Under the pieces are notes generated by a model. It ran no database searches and had not been told where the DNA came from. It saw only the letters and a list, made by a program, of their open reading frames with translations. A stretch of 64,000 nucleotides of DNA, taken from positions 186,001 to 250,000 of the forward strand of contig CDMY01000405.1 in the NCBI GenBank assembly GCA_001179505.1, given 5' to 3'. This document shows positions 11,375-24,874 of this stretch, piece by piece (the stretch's first letter is position 1; each line of letters opens with the position of its first letter). The stretch comes from Vitrella brassicaformis CCMP3155. Taxonomy: Eukaryota; Protista; Chromerida. The translations under genes and the position numbers were made by a program.

Positions 11375-12502
11375 GGGGGGGGGGAGGAAGAGAGTGCGCA
11401 CGAGGTTCCCGTTTCGGTTTGCCGTTCTTCCTTCTGTCTCCTCTCCTCCCCCTCGCTCCTCCCTGGCTGACCGTGCTGGTCACTATCATGGTCTCGGGGT
11501 TGACGTCCACCTCAGCAAACGCCTGGAAACACTCGTGGAACGAATCTAGGGAGCCAGACGCACCGAGGCCTGGCGCAGGGGTGTCTGCCGTAGTGACCAC
11601 ACACAACACAACACAACGAGGCGCGACAGACAGACAGACAGACAGACAGAAATGGGACTCTGTGTGCTGGCCGTGTTGTGAAGGCTGGGGGGGGGTACCT
11701 GGCAGCCTGATGGGGACTTTGATGGAAAAACGGAGGACGCTGTGCAGATCGGGGCGGTAACGGAGAGCTAACTGTGCATCTGCTTTATATCACAACGGCC
11801 GCAATGGTTGGTTGTCGGCACACGTGTGTGTGTGTGGCCTCTCGCTCACCGTGCCACACGGGTTTGTTGGTCATCGTGCCCCTATTGGTGTTCCGCATCC
11901 CCACACCAAGCTGCTCCTGGCAGGGGGCGCTGATCGTCAGCACTTACCACACACACACACACACACACAAAGAAAGAGGAGCTCACTGGCATCTCATCAG
12001 TGTCCCCCCCTCCCTCCCTGTCTGTCCTGGTGGTTTGCTTATGCTTACGCCACTGGTTGAATTTGAAGTCTTGCGCGGGTTCGAATGCGATGTGGGTGAA
12101 GACGAAGCAGGGGCCCTTGTACCCACACACGCGACGGCGGATGGCCTCCAGGCTGGTCGTCTCGGGCGCAAACCCCCGCCTCTTCATGTCCGCCAACCTG
12201 CATAGATCACAACACAGCACAGCACAGCAACCATTCACCACACAAGCTGCGGCGCGTGCTGTGATGCTCACTCACTGCATGACATGACCCACCCACCCTT
12301 TGTGATCTATCGGGAGGTCCATCATCTGTGTCTGCTCCTCCTGCTCTAGCTTCTGCTCGTCCCTGGGCGCCTTGGCCATCCTCGTGAAGGTGATGGCCTC
12401 GCTCCCAGTGGTTCCGCCCTCCGACGGGCACCCCCAGCCGAACTCGTACTCCCCGCCCTCACCAGTACCATCGTCCCCGCCACCAAATATCCCCGAACTC
12501 AT
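10878..12502 (-). CDS. Hypothetical protein, possibly MATH/TRAF-like beta-sandwich, 7 exons
   Basis: GT-AG exons splice in frame: MSSGIFGGGDDG...DHKG|LADMKRRGF...GPCFVFTHIAFEPAQDFKFNQW|LLTISAPCQEQLGVGMRN...|LALRYRPDLHSVLRFSIKVPIRLP|DSFHECFQAFAEV...|LTLSRVRKQY...GQLTVHYRIVVG|DEVLPDGEVSH*. The fold guess rests on alternating beta-strand patterning only, and the start codon is uncertain. Confidence 0.6.
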
Positions 12503-12943
12503 CGGCTGCAAGGCCTGATGCCTCGTTTTGCCGCCATAAGATTCGCTAACATGGAACGGCCCTGCATGTTCCATTGTGGCCGGGGCTATGTGGATCTTTC
12601 TCACCCGGCCGTGTGTCCGCCGCCGCCGCGGCCCCCCTCACAATGTGCGAGCTTAAAAGCGAGGAGAGAAGAAGGGGAAGACCTCCCTGCCCTCTCGTGC
12701 TACACGCCACAGCGCTTTCTGCAAGCTGCCGGATTCGTCTTGTCTTCATTGCGGCAGCTGCGGTCGTGGCAAGGCGAGACAGCCGTCAGAAGCAGCCAAA
12801 GCCCATCTCTGCCCGTTTCCCGCATATTTGTCACCGAATCGGCACTTCGCTATTGTCGCCGTCGCTCGATGCCCCTGGCGGCCTAAGCTCGGCTTCCACG
12901 TGGCGTGGAGGTGTGTGGGGGGAGTGGGAGGCGGGAGGGCCAC

Positions 12944-15900
12944 ATGGCGGAGCAGGAGTGGCCGAAATGGCTGCACTGGGTGCCCTTCAAGCCCGCCATC
13001 TCGCGGATTGTCAAGTATGGCACCAACCCCTTCGTCCTCACTGCGGCTGCCCCGCTGGCGCTGCGGCAGACCGGACTCTACTTCGCTCTCTACGACATGG
13101 CCGGCTGTAAGCTTAGCAACACGCACACACACACACGCTCTGGAAGGATGTCAGCAAGCAATGTGGGACAGACGAGCCACGCACGAGCCATGGGTGACTC
13201 TCTCTCTCTCGGTTTGTGCTGATGCCATGTGTGTGTGGATTGTGTGTCGTGTGTGTCAGGGTTTGAGTGGTCTGCGTGGGGTCACCTCACCTGGATTCTG
13301 TTCGTCTGCCTCGTCTACTGGACCATCACATGGGTCAACACCGTCATGGAACGGGTAGGGAGCGACACTCACACGCACACCCAGCCCAACACGACGCGAC
13401 TCACGGCACACAACACACCACACCGCTCACTCACTCACTCACTCTCTCTTTCGCTCAGCGTCGGGCCACCAAGCGCTACGAAGAGATGAGTCTCATCCTG
13501 GGCGGCGAGCAGGGCCGCAAGGCCAGCAAGAAGAAGCAACAGCTCCACACCAGGAGGGACAAGACGGCCGCCAAACCTGCGCCAGCAGCAGTGCCATCGC
13601 CATCAGCAGCGGCAGGAGCAGCAGAGCAGGAGGAGGCTCAGGTGGCTGTCGACGCGGCCAAGAAGAAGCGGAAGGGCAGCAAGAAGGGGGGCAAGGGCCA
13701 GGCTGCGGCCGACGACTATGTGAGTGACCGACCGACCAGCCTACCTGCGTCACAGCACACGAGGGAGAGAGGGACCACACAGCACAGCTCCTTTCTATCA
13801 TTCTACGACGGACTGGTTTTCCGTTGTGTTGTGTGTGTGTTGCATGTCCAGGAGGCGGGCGAAGGGGGTGCCGACGACGCCATTGAGGACTTCGCCGCCC
13901 ATCCGACACTCAGCAAGCCCATTCAGGTACCGACATAAGGCGCTCACACAGACACACGGGCAGGCGAGCGACAATCCGACCCACCGTGTCCTTTGTCACT
14001 TGTCGTTGTGCAGGATGCTCGTCGCAAAGAGGAGGAGCGCCAGGAGAAGCTCGAACGCAAGCAGCAGCAGCAGCAGCAACAACTACTGCAGCAGCAGAAG
14101 GCCCCGCAAGACCACCAACAGCAGCATCAGCAACAGCAGCAACAGCCCCAACCCACCACCAACTCACCTGACGCGCCCACCAAACCGCCATCAGCAGTGC
14201 CAGCACCTGCATCGTCTGACCCTCAGCCCTTCTCCAAATCGCACGACGCCGCCCAGACGCCGTCTCATCCGACAATCCTGCCCATCCCTTCGCCTGCGTC
14301 GACCCCCCACACGCGGCAGAAGCCCCCCTCGCCCAGACCCAACACGCCCAACACCACCCGCAGCACCAGCCGCGGGATGGAGAGGCGCAACACGGTGTCT
14401 TACTACCGGCCTGTGGGGGGTGGTGCCGGTGCCGGTGCCGGTGGTGGTGCCGCTGACAGGGGTCGCGGCAGCGGCGGGAGGGGTGGGCACGCTGCTCGTG
14501 GCAGCGGGAGGAGCGACGGGGGCATTAGTCGGCAGGCCAGTGAGGGGTCTGGCAGGGACGACGACGCACAGGGGGGACAGAAAGAGGTCAGTGAGTGAGG
14601 GAGGACACAATCACACGAATCGGTGTGTGACACATCCGTGTGTGTGTGTGTGTTCAGGCTGACGGTCCCCACCATCCGTCGGTGTCTCATCCCCCGTCGG
14701 TGCCGGCCTCCATGTCTGACAGCCACTCGCACCCCAGCACACCCACGCACCCGACCCGCCCTCGCCCACCGCCTTCCAACACCCACCGAGGAGGCAGCGG
14801 CCCCCCACGGCCCTTCCGCGGCGGCGCTGGATCGGGCAGAGGAGGCCAACACACGCATAGCGCGGCAAGCGGCGTGGAGCACGGGCATCAGCACCGAGAG
14901 GACCCACACAGGCGGCCGTCTGCCAAGGAGTCGGTCCGTGGCGGCCGTGGCCGTGGGGGGAAGAGCAGGCTGCCGCCGGTGGTGCCGAGCAGGCCCATGT
15001 GGCAGCCGTCCGCTCCATCGGCGCATCGCAGCGGTCAGGGGGGCGAGGTCGGGGAGGCGGGGGCGAACGAGGCAGGGGCGGCGCGGCCCGACCTGGGACG
15101 GCAGGAGAGCATCTCGGCCAAGATGGAGAAAGAGTGGAACGAATACACTTCCGCACACCCCAATGAGTCGCAGCACCAACACCAGGGGCAGCTACCGAGC
15201 ACCACTGAGGTGCCGCCCCTCCCGCCCCTCTCGTCGGCGCCCCGTCCACCGCCGTCCACCGTGACTCAGGAGCGGCGGGCCGGCATTCCATCCTCCCCGC
15301 CCCCAGATGTACTCGAGGACGACAAGCCAGATACGCGAGAGCGAGATCGTGACGCCAAGGCTGCGGCATCTGCATCATCGGCCGATCGGCAGGTTCAGTC
15401 TTCGCCGTCATCCGTCGCAGCAGCGGCCATCTATGAGAGCGCCATCTCGACCAGACCGAGCAAGCCCCCTCCCTCTGAGGAGCATCTGTACGCCGCCCAG
15501 CGAAAGGTCGATGCCGAGAAAGGAGTGTCGTGCCACCACTACCAGCAGCATCAGCATTCACAGCAGGAGCAGCCGCAGAAGCAGCAGCAGCGACAGGATG
15601 AGCAGGGCCCCCAGCCGTCGTCGCCGACCGATGGCGTGATGGCTGACGATCCGGCCATCGTCGCTGCGTCGTCTTCGTCGTCGCCAGGATACCCCCATGT
15701 CCCAATGGTTGCTTGCAACCATATTCCACCGTCTGTGCCGTCGCCCCCCTTCATGGAGGCGGGTGGGCCCATGAGCGCCTCCCCGCCACTCATGCCTGGG
15801 TCTCCTCCCTCACACCACCAGCAGCCCTTCGCCCCCTACCCGAATGTGCCCGTCGACACCGACCTGCCGTATGAGTACAACAGTCACCCGGTGGTGCCGA

Positions 15901-17312
15901 CAGCAGTGGTCGCCCCGGCCGCTTTCGTCCACCCCCACGCCCCGGCCTTTGTGCACGCCACGCCGTTCATCCAGCCGATGCCGTGCGTCGACCCCTCTCT
16001 CGTCCACCCCGCCGATCGCCTCTATGCTGCCTACCAGCAGGCCCCCATGCGCCCAATGCACACGCCGATCCGTCCTCGGGGGCCGGGCTACCACCCCCCA
16101 CCGCTGGACACCTCTCTGCCGCCCCAGAGCCCGTCCACCGACCGGGGATCGTCGGCCTTCACGCCCACACCGACCTCGCCCCACCCAGAGGGGCAGACGT
16201 CCAAGGGATCCAAGGGGCGCAAGATTTTGAACCGGCCCAAGGAGAGCAAGAGAGCGGGTGGGGGCAATGCAAGCGATGGGGCGAGGTCGCCCAAGAGCCC
16301 CGTGCCGCCGTCAGAGAGCACGTCCAACGAGCAGCAGCCGCAGGCGTCGGCTACTGCTGCTGCTGCGGCGGCCGTGGCGAATGAGGAAAAGGGCGGCGCT
16401 GAGAATGGCGTGCATGTGCATCAGCCTGCGGATGAAGGGGCTAAGGGAGCTGACGAGCCACCACGGGTCGACGACAACAAGGGCGCCAAGACGGTCGCTA
16501 CCCCAGCAGCTGCCCCAGCAGCGGAGAGCAAGCAAGCCGGGAAGACTGAAGATGTGCAGAAGAAGAAGGACGCAGCAGGAGCTGCACCGGTGGCCGCCGA
16601 GAGTGAGAAGGACAAGCCCAAGAAGAAGCGGTGGTGCGAGTATGAAGACGATGACGAGGACTTTTTGCCGGCCCACCCTGGCACCTTGCGGAGCTCGTCC
16701 ACCTCAGACATCCCCCCGACCCCCCTCCCCCAGGCCGAGTCACGCCACCGTGACTCCGTCCCAGCACGCTCCACGTCGCAGCCCCTCTCGCCTCTCATCA
16801 AGAATGGGCCGCCCAACAAGAGCCTCGCGCCAAGCGTGCAGCGCCTGTTCGACAACTACCAACAGAACAGCCCCAACGCCAATGCCGCCAGCAGCACCAC
16901 ACCCAACCACCACCCCGCACCAGACGACACACCGCCCGCACCCACATCGACAGAGCAGGCCAAGCGCAAGCCGCCCCCACTCCCGGCCCGTTCCGGGTCG
17001 CCCGATGGCGCCCGGCGGCCCAGCTGGTCGCCATCTTTGCGCAACACCAAGAACGGCACGCAGGCCGACAGCAGCGTGAGCAAAGAGGGAGAGGAGAGTG
17101 GGGATAACGGAGGAGCGAAGCTCAACAGTTCGTTGCCGAATGGCGGGGTGGCGTCTCCCTCGACCGATGCGAGCCCTTCCGGTAGCTCAGAGGGGCTGGG
17201 TGGGGGCGGGAACGGTGGGACTGCTGGTGCGGCGCGTGAGAGGTGTCAGCCTGTGTCTGTGGCCACGAGCGCACCCGCCCCACACATGGTGACTAGTGAG
17301 GTAGAGATTTGA
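12944..17312 (+). CDS. Large low-complexity protein with N-terminal hydrophobic segments, Lys-rich, poly-Q, RGG and Pro-rich regions
   Basis: Exons about 12944-13106, 13260-13353, 13459-13720, 13850-13927, 14013-14596 and 14659-17312. N-terminus ...TAAAPLALRQTGLYFALYDMAG|FEWSAWGHLTWILFVCLVYWTITWVNTVMER is hydrophobic and is followed by about 1200 aa of disordered sequence. The 3' end is uncertain. Confidence 0.65.
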
Positions 17313-19121
17313 AGCCATGTACACCCGCAGACACACAGACGGGGAGAGAGACGGAGATTGCTTCCCTGCTCGAGAGATTGGTGGACACAAGGAGGGGGCG
17401 CGACGCAGAGAGGGGAGGGGCGGGTGGTAGTTGGTTGCGTTGCTTCTGATGTGTGTGTACTTGCTATATGAGAGCTGAGGTGCATCCTGCACATGGCTTA
17501 CATGGATTGATTGTTGAGGGGATGGGTGGACGGGAGGGTGTTGTGTTCTGTTGTGTTGGTTGGGGCGGACGGGATTTGCCGATCGGATGGTTTTCAACGG
17601 TGGGCGATCATATGTGTACGTGTGCGCGTGTATTCCTCTATTGATTGAAGTTGTGTGGCGACAGATCGAACCGACTGCTAACGAACGAACGAGTGATCGA
17701 TTGCCTGACTTACCGACTGATGGATGGATGGGTGGATGGACGTTTTTGTATTGATCACGATGTCACCATTCCAGCGCCGTTGGTACCTCCTCCCGCACCT
17801 CCCCCCTTCCCCCTCCCCTTCACACCCATGTGTGTGTGTGTGTGAGTATGTATGGCTGTCTGTCTGTCATATCTAGGACGTGCATGTGTGTATCTAACAC
17901 CCACACACCGGGACACAGAGAGAGATGGCCGCCCCTCGACGGTCGACATAGTGGGCAGCTCGGCGAGTGACGTCCCTCAGAGGAAGACAGAGAGACTAGG
18001 GAGAGGGGACAAGACGGCGTGCGTGTGTGTGAATGTGAATGTGGGTGAGTGCGTGCGGTGCGTCTGGTGTGTGTGTATGTATCATAGACAAGAGACAGAC
18101 AGACAGACACACACAGCACAGCCGTCCCTCTATACTCTTTTCTGGATGGATGTCATGTTCTTTTGGTCTAAGACATCACACCGGTCTGACACACCGACTC
18201 ACAACACCAGACAACACAACACAACACCTCCCACCCACCCATGCAATGTGTGTGTAAGGAAGCCTGACTGACTGATGGTGGTACGGGTACGGTACATCGA
18301 CCGACCGATCGCACGGGGCGCTCGCTTTATCGCTTGCCTAATGGGGGCCGGGCCAGTGTCAGGGAGTTCAGCTAGTGTTGATTAGACTCGGTATTACCCA
18401 GCCAGCGTCCCAGCCAGCCATGGTTAGGAGGTGGCAACCCCATCGTCGTCGAAACACACACACGGATCATCCACGTATTCGTCTGTCGTCTTCGGACGGG
18501 GATCGCGTTGCTACCCTCCCATGGCGGCTGACAGGGACGACAGGCAGACGCTAGTTGAAACACACCCAGTGGACAGACAGACAGACACTTGCTCTCTTAC
18601 CTGTCTGTCTGACCTGATTGCCTTTTCCTGACTCACCGACCTGCTTAATCCACCAGAGAGAGAGGGAGAGAGCGAGAGAGAGGGGTGACGACACACACAC
18701 ACGAGATATGCGGGAAAGAGGGAGAGGCGGGAGGAGATGACTGATCAGATCGCCCTTTTATCGATCTCGGATGGGCTCACCCTGTCTGCCTGCCTGCCTG
18801 ACGTGCACGCTCCCTCACTGACTCACTGACTGCTGTGCATTCCATCATCCAATCATTCACTCATTGCATTGTGTTATGCTCTTATCTGCTGCATGTGTCA
18901 TGTGTGTGAGTTCGTGTGAACGGACGGGTGTTTGGCTGACGACGTGGTACCGATGTGCTGTGATAGTCTGACTGACTGACCGACGGACTGACTGATTGCC
19001 TGAGTGTCAATTCAACTACATGCTTCTCTCAAACAATCACAATCACGACAACCGCGCCCCGTTTCCAGTGAGCGATCCTCGCGATGGAAGCTGGGCTTCT
19101 TCGTCGCTTCTTCCCAACACG

Positions 19122-19150
19122 AAACCCTAAGCCCGAAACCCTACACCCTA
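19122..19150 (+). promoter_or_regulatory. Telomere-like AAACCCTA (telo-box-like) motif cluster upstream of the IPK gene
   Basis: aaaccctaa at 19122, aaacccta at 19136 and cacccta at 19144, about 160-180 bp upstream of the ATG. A regulatory role is inferred. Confidence 0.35.
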
Positions 19151-19305
19151 TCCCCCCGCTCTAGAGGCTGCCACAAGTGTAGAGTCCAGCCGTGGCACTG
19201 ATACAAGGTAACATCTGCCTCAAGCGCACGACAAACAGCTTCACATGGCTTTCTACATGGATGGATGCATCTCTGTCTTGCAGCGAGGAACAAGATGCCG
19301 TCATC

Positions 19306-22300
19306 ATGAAGGGGTGGGTGTCCCGCCTGAGTGACAGAATTGCATCAGATGCACGTGCAGACCAACGGATAGATCAGGAACAGCAACAGGAGAGCAGACC
19401 GAACGGCGTGCAGGGGCTGCTGGACTACCTGAAGAGCCAGGCTGCCGACAGCGACACACACAAGTGAGGACAACAGATGGATGGGAAGCGACAGGCACGT
19501 TTCCGTACACTCATGCTGCCCATCCCATCTGCTTTCGTCTGGTGTGTGTTGTGTTGATGGCACATGCAGGTATTGGACAGGCATTCTCGGCTGCGCAAAT
19601 CGCCGATACAACGAGGTGAGGGAGGCAACGAACATGCGGAGTGAAACGTCCGTTGCGCCTCAGCTGAGAACATCGATCTGTGACATTCGCTATGCCATGT
19701 TCGGTTGGACCTGCATGCAGGATCTTGAGGCGGCAGTGATCCTAAGGCCGAAATCGTCGTCATCCAAGGCCGGTGGCTCCCCCCTGCTGCTCACTGACGA
19801 GGTTAAGTGGGGTGGGGGACCAACAGACACCACGGCACAAGCACGCAGGAAGGCGGTCTTCACCTTGCCTTGGCCGCCTGATTGTTTGCCTGCCTGCGTG
19901 CCTCTATGCAGCACGGCTTCGTGTACAAGATCTTCAACGCGGAGCTGACGTCGGAATGCGACTTTTACCAGCGCGTGAGGCGGGCGGCCGCGCTGCAGGG
20001 GGAGCGGGCATTGACCACAGGGCGTGCGGTGCATGGGCGGCTGTCCAAGGCGGTGCAGCTGACAAAGGACCAACTGCAGGAGGTGCGGACGCTGGCCTAC
20101 CTGGAGCAGCAGCACCTCATCCCCTCATTCAGGGGCGTCACGCCCGTCGCACGGCTGGCGTCCGTCAACAGGGCCAGGCACCAGCATGACTTGCCGCCCA
20201 CTCCGTCGGCCCCTTCGTCTGTCGGTGGTCGTGACGGTGTCCCTGTTGACAACACATGGACGCCGGTGCAGGGAGATGACAGGGCTCTTCCATCCATCAA
20301 AGTGAGTATGGAAGGAAAAGGGAAACGATTGATTACATGCGCCATCATTCCTTCATTCACGCTCTGTTCCCGACCTCTGTGTTCGTCGTCAGTTGGAGGA
20401 CTTCACCTTTGGCTACGACCGTCCGGCAATAGCGGATCTGAAGCTCGGCAGCGGGTGGCTGGGGTGCCACCCGGGCGACCCGGCCTTCATGGCGCGTGTG
20501 GCGTGTGCGTCCAAGGACCTGGCTGAGAGGGAGGCGTTGGTGGCGCGGTGGCTGGCCATGAAGAAGCAGATGAAGCGTGAGCTGAGTCTAGAGGAGCTGC
20601 TGAGGGAGGCGGTGGGGGTGCCGCTGAGGCTGGGCCTTACGAGTGGCGGAGGGGAGCCGCTCTGCCGGGCGGACGCGTTTGCGCTCATCAAGAGCTGGAG
20701 ACAGGAACAGGTGAGAGGGAGACAGACGGGGAGGAGATTCGTGTATGTAATACATGTGTGTGTCGGCTCGGCAGGTGTCTAAGAGCACCACTCAGTGGAC
20801 GATGGGGCTGTCCGTAGGCGGTATGCTCTTCGCAGATGAACTGGTCGGTGCCCTACCCGTGGACATACACCGAACCCGCACGCCGCAACCCTCGTTATGT
20901 CCGTCACCATCCCACTTCCCTTCTCCCCTGTGTGTCTCACGTGTGAATCATGCAGGGCGGCATGCAGGTGAGCCGTAGTGAGGGCAAGGACTTGACGGAC
21001 GGCGAGCTGGTCGACCTCTTGCTGCGCTTCCTGCGGGACAATGGAGACCTCGCCATAGCACTCCTTGACAAACTCGTCAAACTAAAGTAACTGATTGAGG
21101 GGGGGCAGCCAAGACCATGAAAAGGACGGTCACTTTGAGTGTTGCCGCGGTTGACATCTGTCTGTCTGTGTCTGCAGGGAATGGTTTGCGCACCAGTGGT
21201 GCTACAGATTCTATGCCACGTCCATCGTCATGGTGTATGACCAGCTGCAGCCGTCCCGCTGCGACCTCAGGTGGCTCGACTTCGCACACGCCATCCGCCT
21301 GGTATGTCTGGTATGCACCCAGTAATTAGTAAAGTGGCGGCGCTGCTCTTTAATAAGAATGTTTGGTGTTCGTTCGCTCGTGTCGGTGCGTGTGTGCAGA
21401 CGTCTCGCGGCTCCCCCTTATCGCAGCAGTCGTCGTCCGCCCGCCTGTCCCACTCCCCCAGCCTCACCAGTACGCCCTCTGCCGCCGCTCTCTCCGTCAC
21501 GGCCGCCTCGTCCACCGCGGCGCGGGACAGCCCCGTCAGCCCGCAATCGCCATCCATCATGGCGCCCTCCGACCACACTCACACTCACCCCCTGTCGCCC
21601 TCATCGGTCGACCAGCACGCCAGTATGCTGCGGGGCATGGACAACCTCATGGACGTCCTGCGGTCCGTGGCGTGGGGCCGCCAGCTGGTGCTTGCCGATC
21701 TGCAGCTGGTGCCGAAACCGGGGAGAGCAACTGAAGCTGCCCATGAGACCGAGGCGGCGGGCAGCCCACCGCCATGCTCGAGAAGCGATGAGGCGTGTCA
21801 GGGAGAGGAGGACTGCGGGTCGCCGCTGATGCTGCCGCAGATTGATGAGGCGATCGATGCCCTGGTGCAGATGGACTCCCCAGCCATAGCCATCAGCAGA
21901 AGAGGCGATGAGAGCCCTCTCCCACTCCCCCTCGCCAGCAACGAGCGTCTCAACGACCCCTCCCAGCCAGTGACCATCTCATCACTCCCACCGCCGGGCG
22001 CACTGCCGCCGCCCTCATCGTCGTCAGCAGAGGGTGAGATTGACAGCGAGGGCGGTCCGGTCGCACCCGCACCGAGCATTGTTGACCGGTATCGGGTTAC
22101 CTACGCACACGTGCAGAGGGGGCTGCCGGCTGCCTACACCTTTCCCGCACCGGTGTCTCGCACCGCTGGCAGCGCACAGCAGAGGAAGGGCAGCACTGGC
22201 AATGGCGCAGGGCCGCCGTTCAGGCGGAAGAAAGTACTAGTGGGCATGGCGAGGGAGGATGCAGGTGGGTGATATCACACACATAACATTCACACACAGT

Positions 22301-22509
22301 GAACAGGCAGACACATCGCTACACTGCGTGTGCTCATGAATGTCCGAATGCGTGCAGGTGCAGGTGGTGGTTCGTCGCATAGTGACGATGATGATTCCTC
22401 CTCTGTCAGCTCGCCCATGTGCCTCTCAGTCACTCAAGGTGCGGTGCGTACCAACCAGCCCACCAACCGAGATGGCTTCCGTCTGAGCGATACTGTCCGT
22501 GTGTGTTGA
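19306..22509 (+). CDS. Inositol polyphosphate kinase (IPK/IPMK family), multi-exon
   Basis: Family motifs in spliced order: YKIF...SECDFY, LEDFTFGYDRPAIADLKLG (PxxxDxKxG), RFYATSIVMVYD (SSLL-like motif) and LRWLDFAH (IDFAH). Followed by a long Ser/Pro-rich tail. Confidence 0.88.
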
Positions 22510-22938
22510 GCAGGTCGTCATGGGTTTTCCTTGCACGTGGGAGCGCCAGATAGATGAGATGAGATGTAGCGGGGAGGGCGGGAAGGGTTTGTCTTTGGCT
22601 AGTAGGATGATGGCAGGCATTTGGACTGAGTGATTCGTGACTGCCTGCCGTGTTGTTTTTCTGTCGACGGGGTGAGGCGAGACGACACTGGTTGGTGATG
22701 TATTGACACGTCCATCATGTTATATCATGTCGATTCACACACATGGTGACTTAATAGCTAGCTGTTGTCCGTCCGCACCAAAGCAGCACCACGTGCTGAC
22801 TTTCTTTTCTGCACCCGCCGCCATCGAGTCTGCTCCCTCGGTGCACATATGCACCGGAAGTAAGCTCGGCCTCGATGGCAGCAGACAAAGAATCAAGCCA
22901 GTCGCACAGCCACCACCATTAGAATATCTTCGCCCCGC

Positions 22939-24700
22939 TCACGCCATTTTTTCTTGTCTGACGGTACATCCTGTCTGTGTTTCCCCCTCTCCTGCCCCTG
23001 CTGCGCTGTCGCCACTGCCATAAGCGTCAAGGTAAAACTCGATGACGCGGCCACACAGCTCTGAGAAGGTGCGAACACACACACACAACACACAACCCAA
23101 TACATCGACCAAAGGATGCATCTGGATTGATGGACACATCATACCTACCTCTCAGTGTGGCGATGGGCTCACTTATCTCCTCCTCTCTCCTTTGCCCCAC
23201 CGCATCCACGGCCATCTCATCAGCTCCCGCTGCAGCGGCCGGTGCGTCCCCCTCGCCCCGGTCCTGGCCCTCTCCCACCTTCCTGCCCTCGACCCTCCGG
23301 CGCTTGGGGCTTGATCCCGCCCCCTCAGTGCCACCCATGGCTCGCGCGCTCGGACCCTGTTTGCCCTCCTGCGCAATCGAGGTCCTGCGGGTCACGTCAA
23401 CGCCATTCTGCGCAAGCAGCCTGCAGCACGTGGCAAGGCAACTTATAAGAGATGGACAAGGCGACCCATGCTGGTCGGTCTTGTTCAGTCAGCACCTGAT
23501 TGCCTCCCAGATGTGTTGGTCATCGATAGCCAGCCCCTCGCACGGCCGGTCCTCCGAGCGGGTGGCCAGCACCCGGCCAAACTCCTCTGTCTGGGCGAGC
23601 CTCTTGGTGACGATGACGGCTGCCAGGCAGACCAGGTCTGGGGGGTAGTGCACGAACAGAGATGAGCAGAATAGGTCGTTGATGAGGGTCCAGGCTAGAG
23701 AGGGGATGAGGGAGTGGCTGCCAGTGGTCGACAGCCCGCTGGAGCCGTCGATGCGGCCTGCACCCATCCATCCATCCATCCATGACCCCCCACATGCCGT
23801 CTGGCGGTGTGCATTCATTGTGTGGGCACCCACCCTCCCAGCCGCCCACCGAGCATGACGGCGAGGTTGAGCAGCAGTGTGTATGCCTTGGTCATGTCGA
23901 GGTCAAAGGAGAGTGTGCGGATGACCATCTGCTCCAAATGCAGCGCCTCGTCACGGCTCTTCCAGTACTGGACGACAGACGGACAGACAGACAGACAGAC
24001 GGACACACACACACACACACACACACACATGGCAAATGCACACCTAGATGGGCGACTGAGTGAGTACTGCTTGGTACCTCCTCCATCTGGAGGGTCTTTC
24101 CCTTGCCGTCCGTGCGAAAGTGCTCACAGCAGTTGATGATTTCTGACATATCACAATCACACACACCGCAGGGAACCAACACAGCGTGAGTGCATTTCTC
24201 TCGCAACTGTTGGCTTCGTGCTTGTGTGTGTGAAGCCTACCTACCTCTGAGTTTCTTGCCGTCCTCACACACCTTGGCCGCCAGGAAGAGGCACGGAGGC
24301 AAGATGCGCTGCACACACCACACGGACCCACCACCACGGGCAGCATACAGTCAGCCACGTTGCTGCCTGCCTGTTGGTTGTGCTGTGCCCACCCATGCAT
24401 CGAGCTCTGACGGCTCTCTCAGCGTGTAGAAGCGCTGGAAGAACAGCAACGCCGTCGATATGCTCGGCTGCTCCCTGACGCGCACACACACACACACACA
24501 ACCAACACACGCACACAACCAACACACGCAGAGATCTGTGCACAGAGCGCTCCAGCGGCGGGTGAGGTGAAGCAGCTCACTCACATCCTGAGGTCCATGG
24601 CAATCTGCTGTATCCTGAGGCCGAATTCCCGCCTGAACGCCGCCAGGCGCCTCTCACGGGCATCGTCCCATCGGTGAAGGCGATGCGAATGGAACTCCAT
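22939..24700 (-). CDS. Transcription-type cyclin (cyclin L/Q/K-like), multi-exon
   Basis: Spliced cyclin box FGLRIQQIAMDLRM|EQPSISTALLFFQRFY...CLFLAAKVCEDGKKLRD...EALHLEQMVIRTLSFDL...AYTLLL...AWTLINDLFCSSLFVHYPPDLVCLAAV. Confidence 0.85.
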
Positions 24701-24874
24701 GTTTGGCAAGCTGGAAGAAACCTGCGAAGGTCACTGTAAGTAGCTATGAAATAAGAAACAGTGGGAGCGGGAGCGTTGTCAATGCGACGGCGCAGGGCTG
24801 ACCAGAGGTGGACCTGGTCCCGAGAGGGCGACAAGGCCACTTCACACACTCTATATAGGCTACCTGCCACCATC

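Noticed and set aside
17320-19100. Possible minus-strand gene in the only +/+ junction
   Set aside because: Only short ORFs built from simple repeats were found, with no consistent splice chain.
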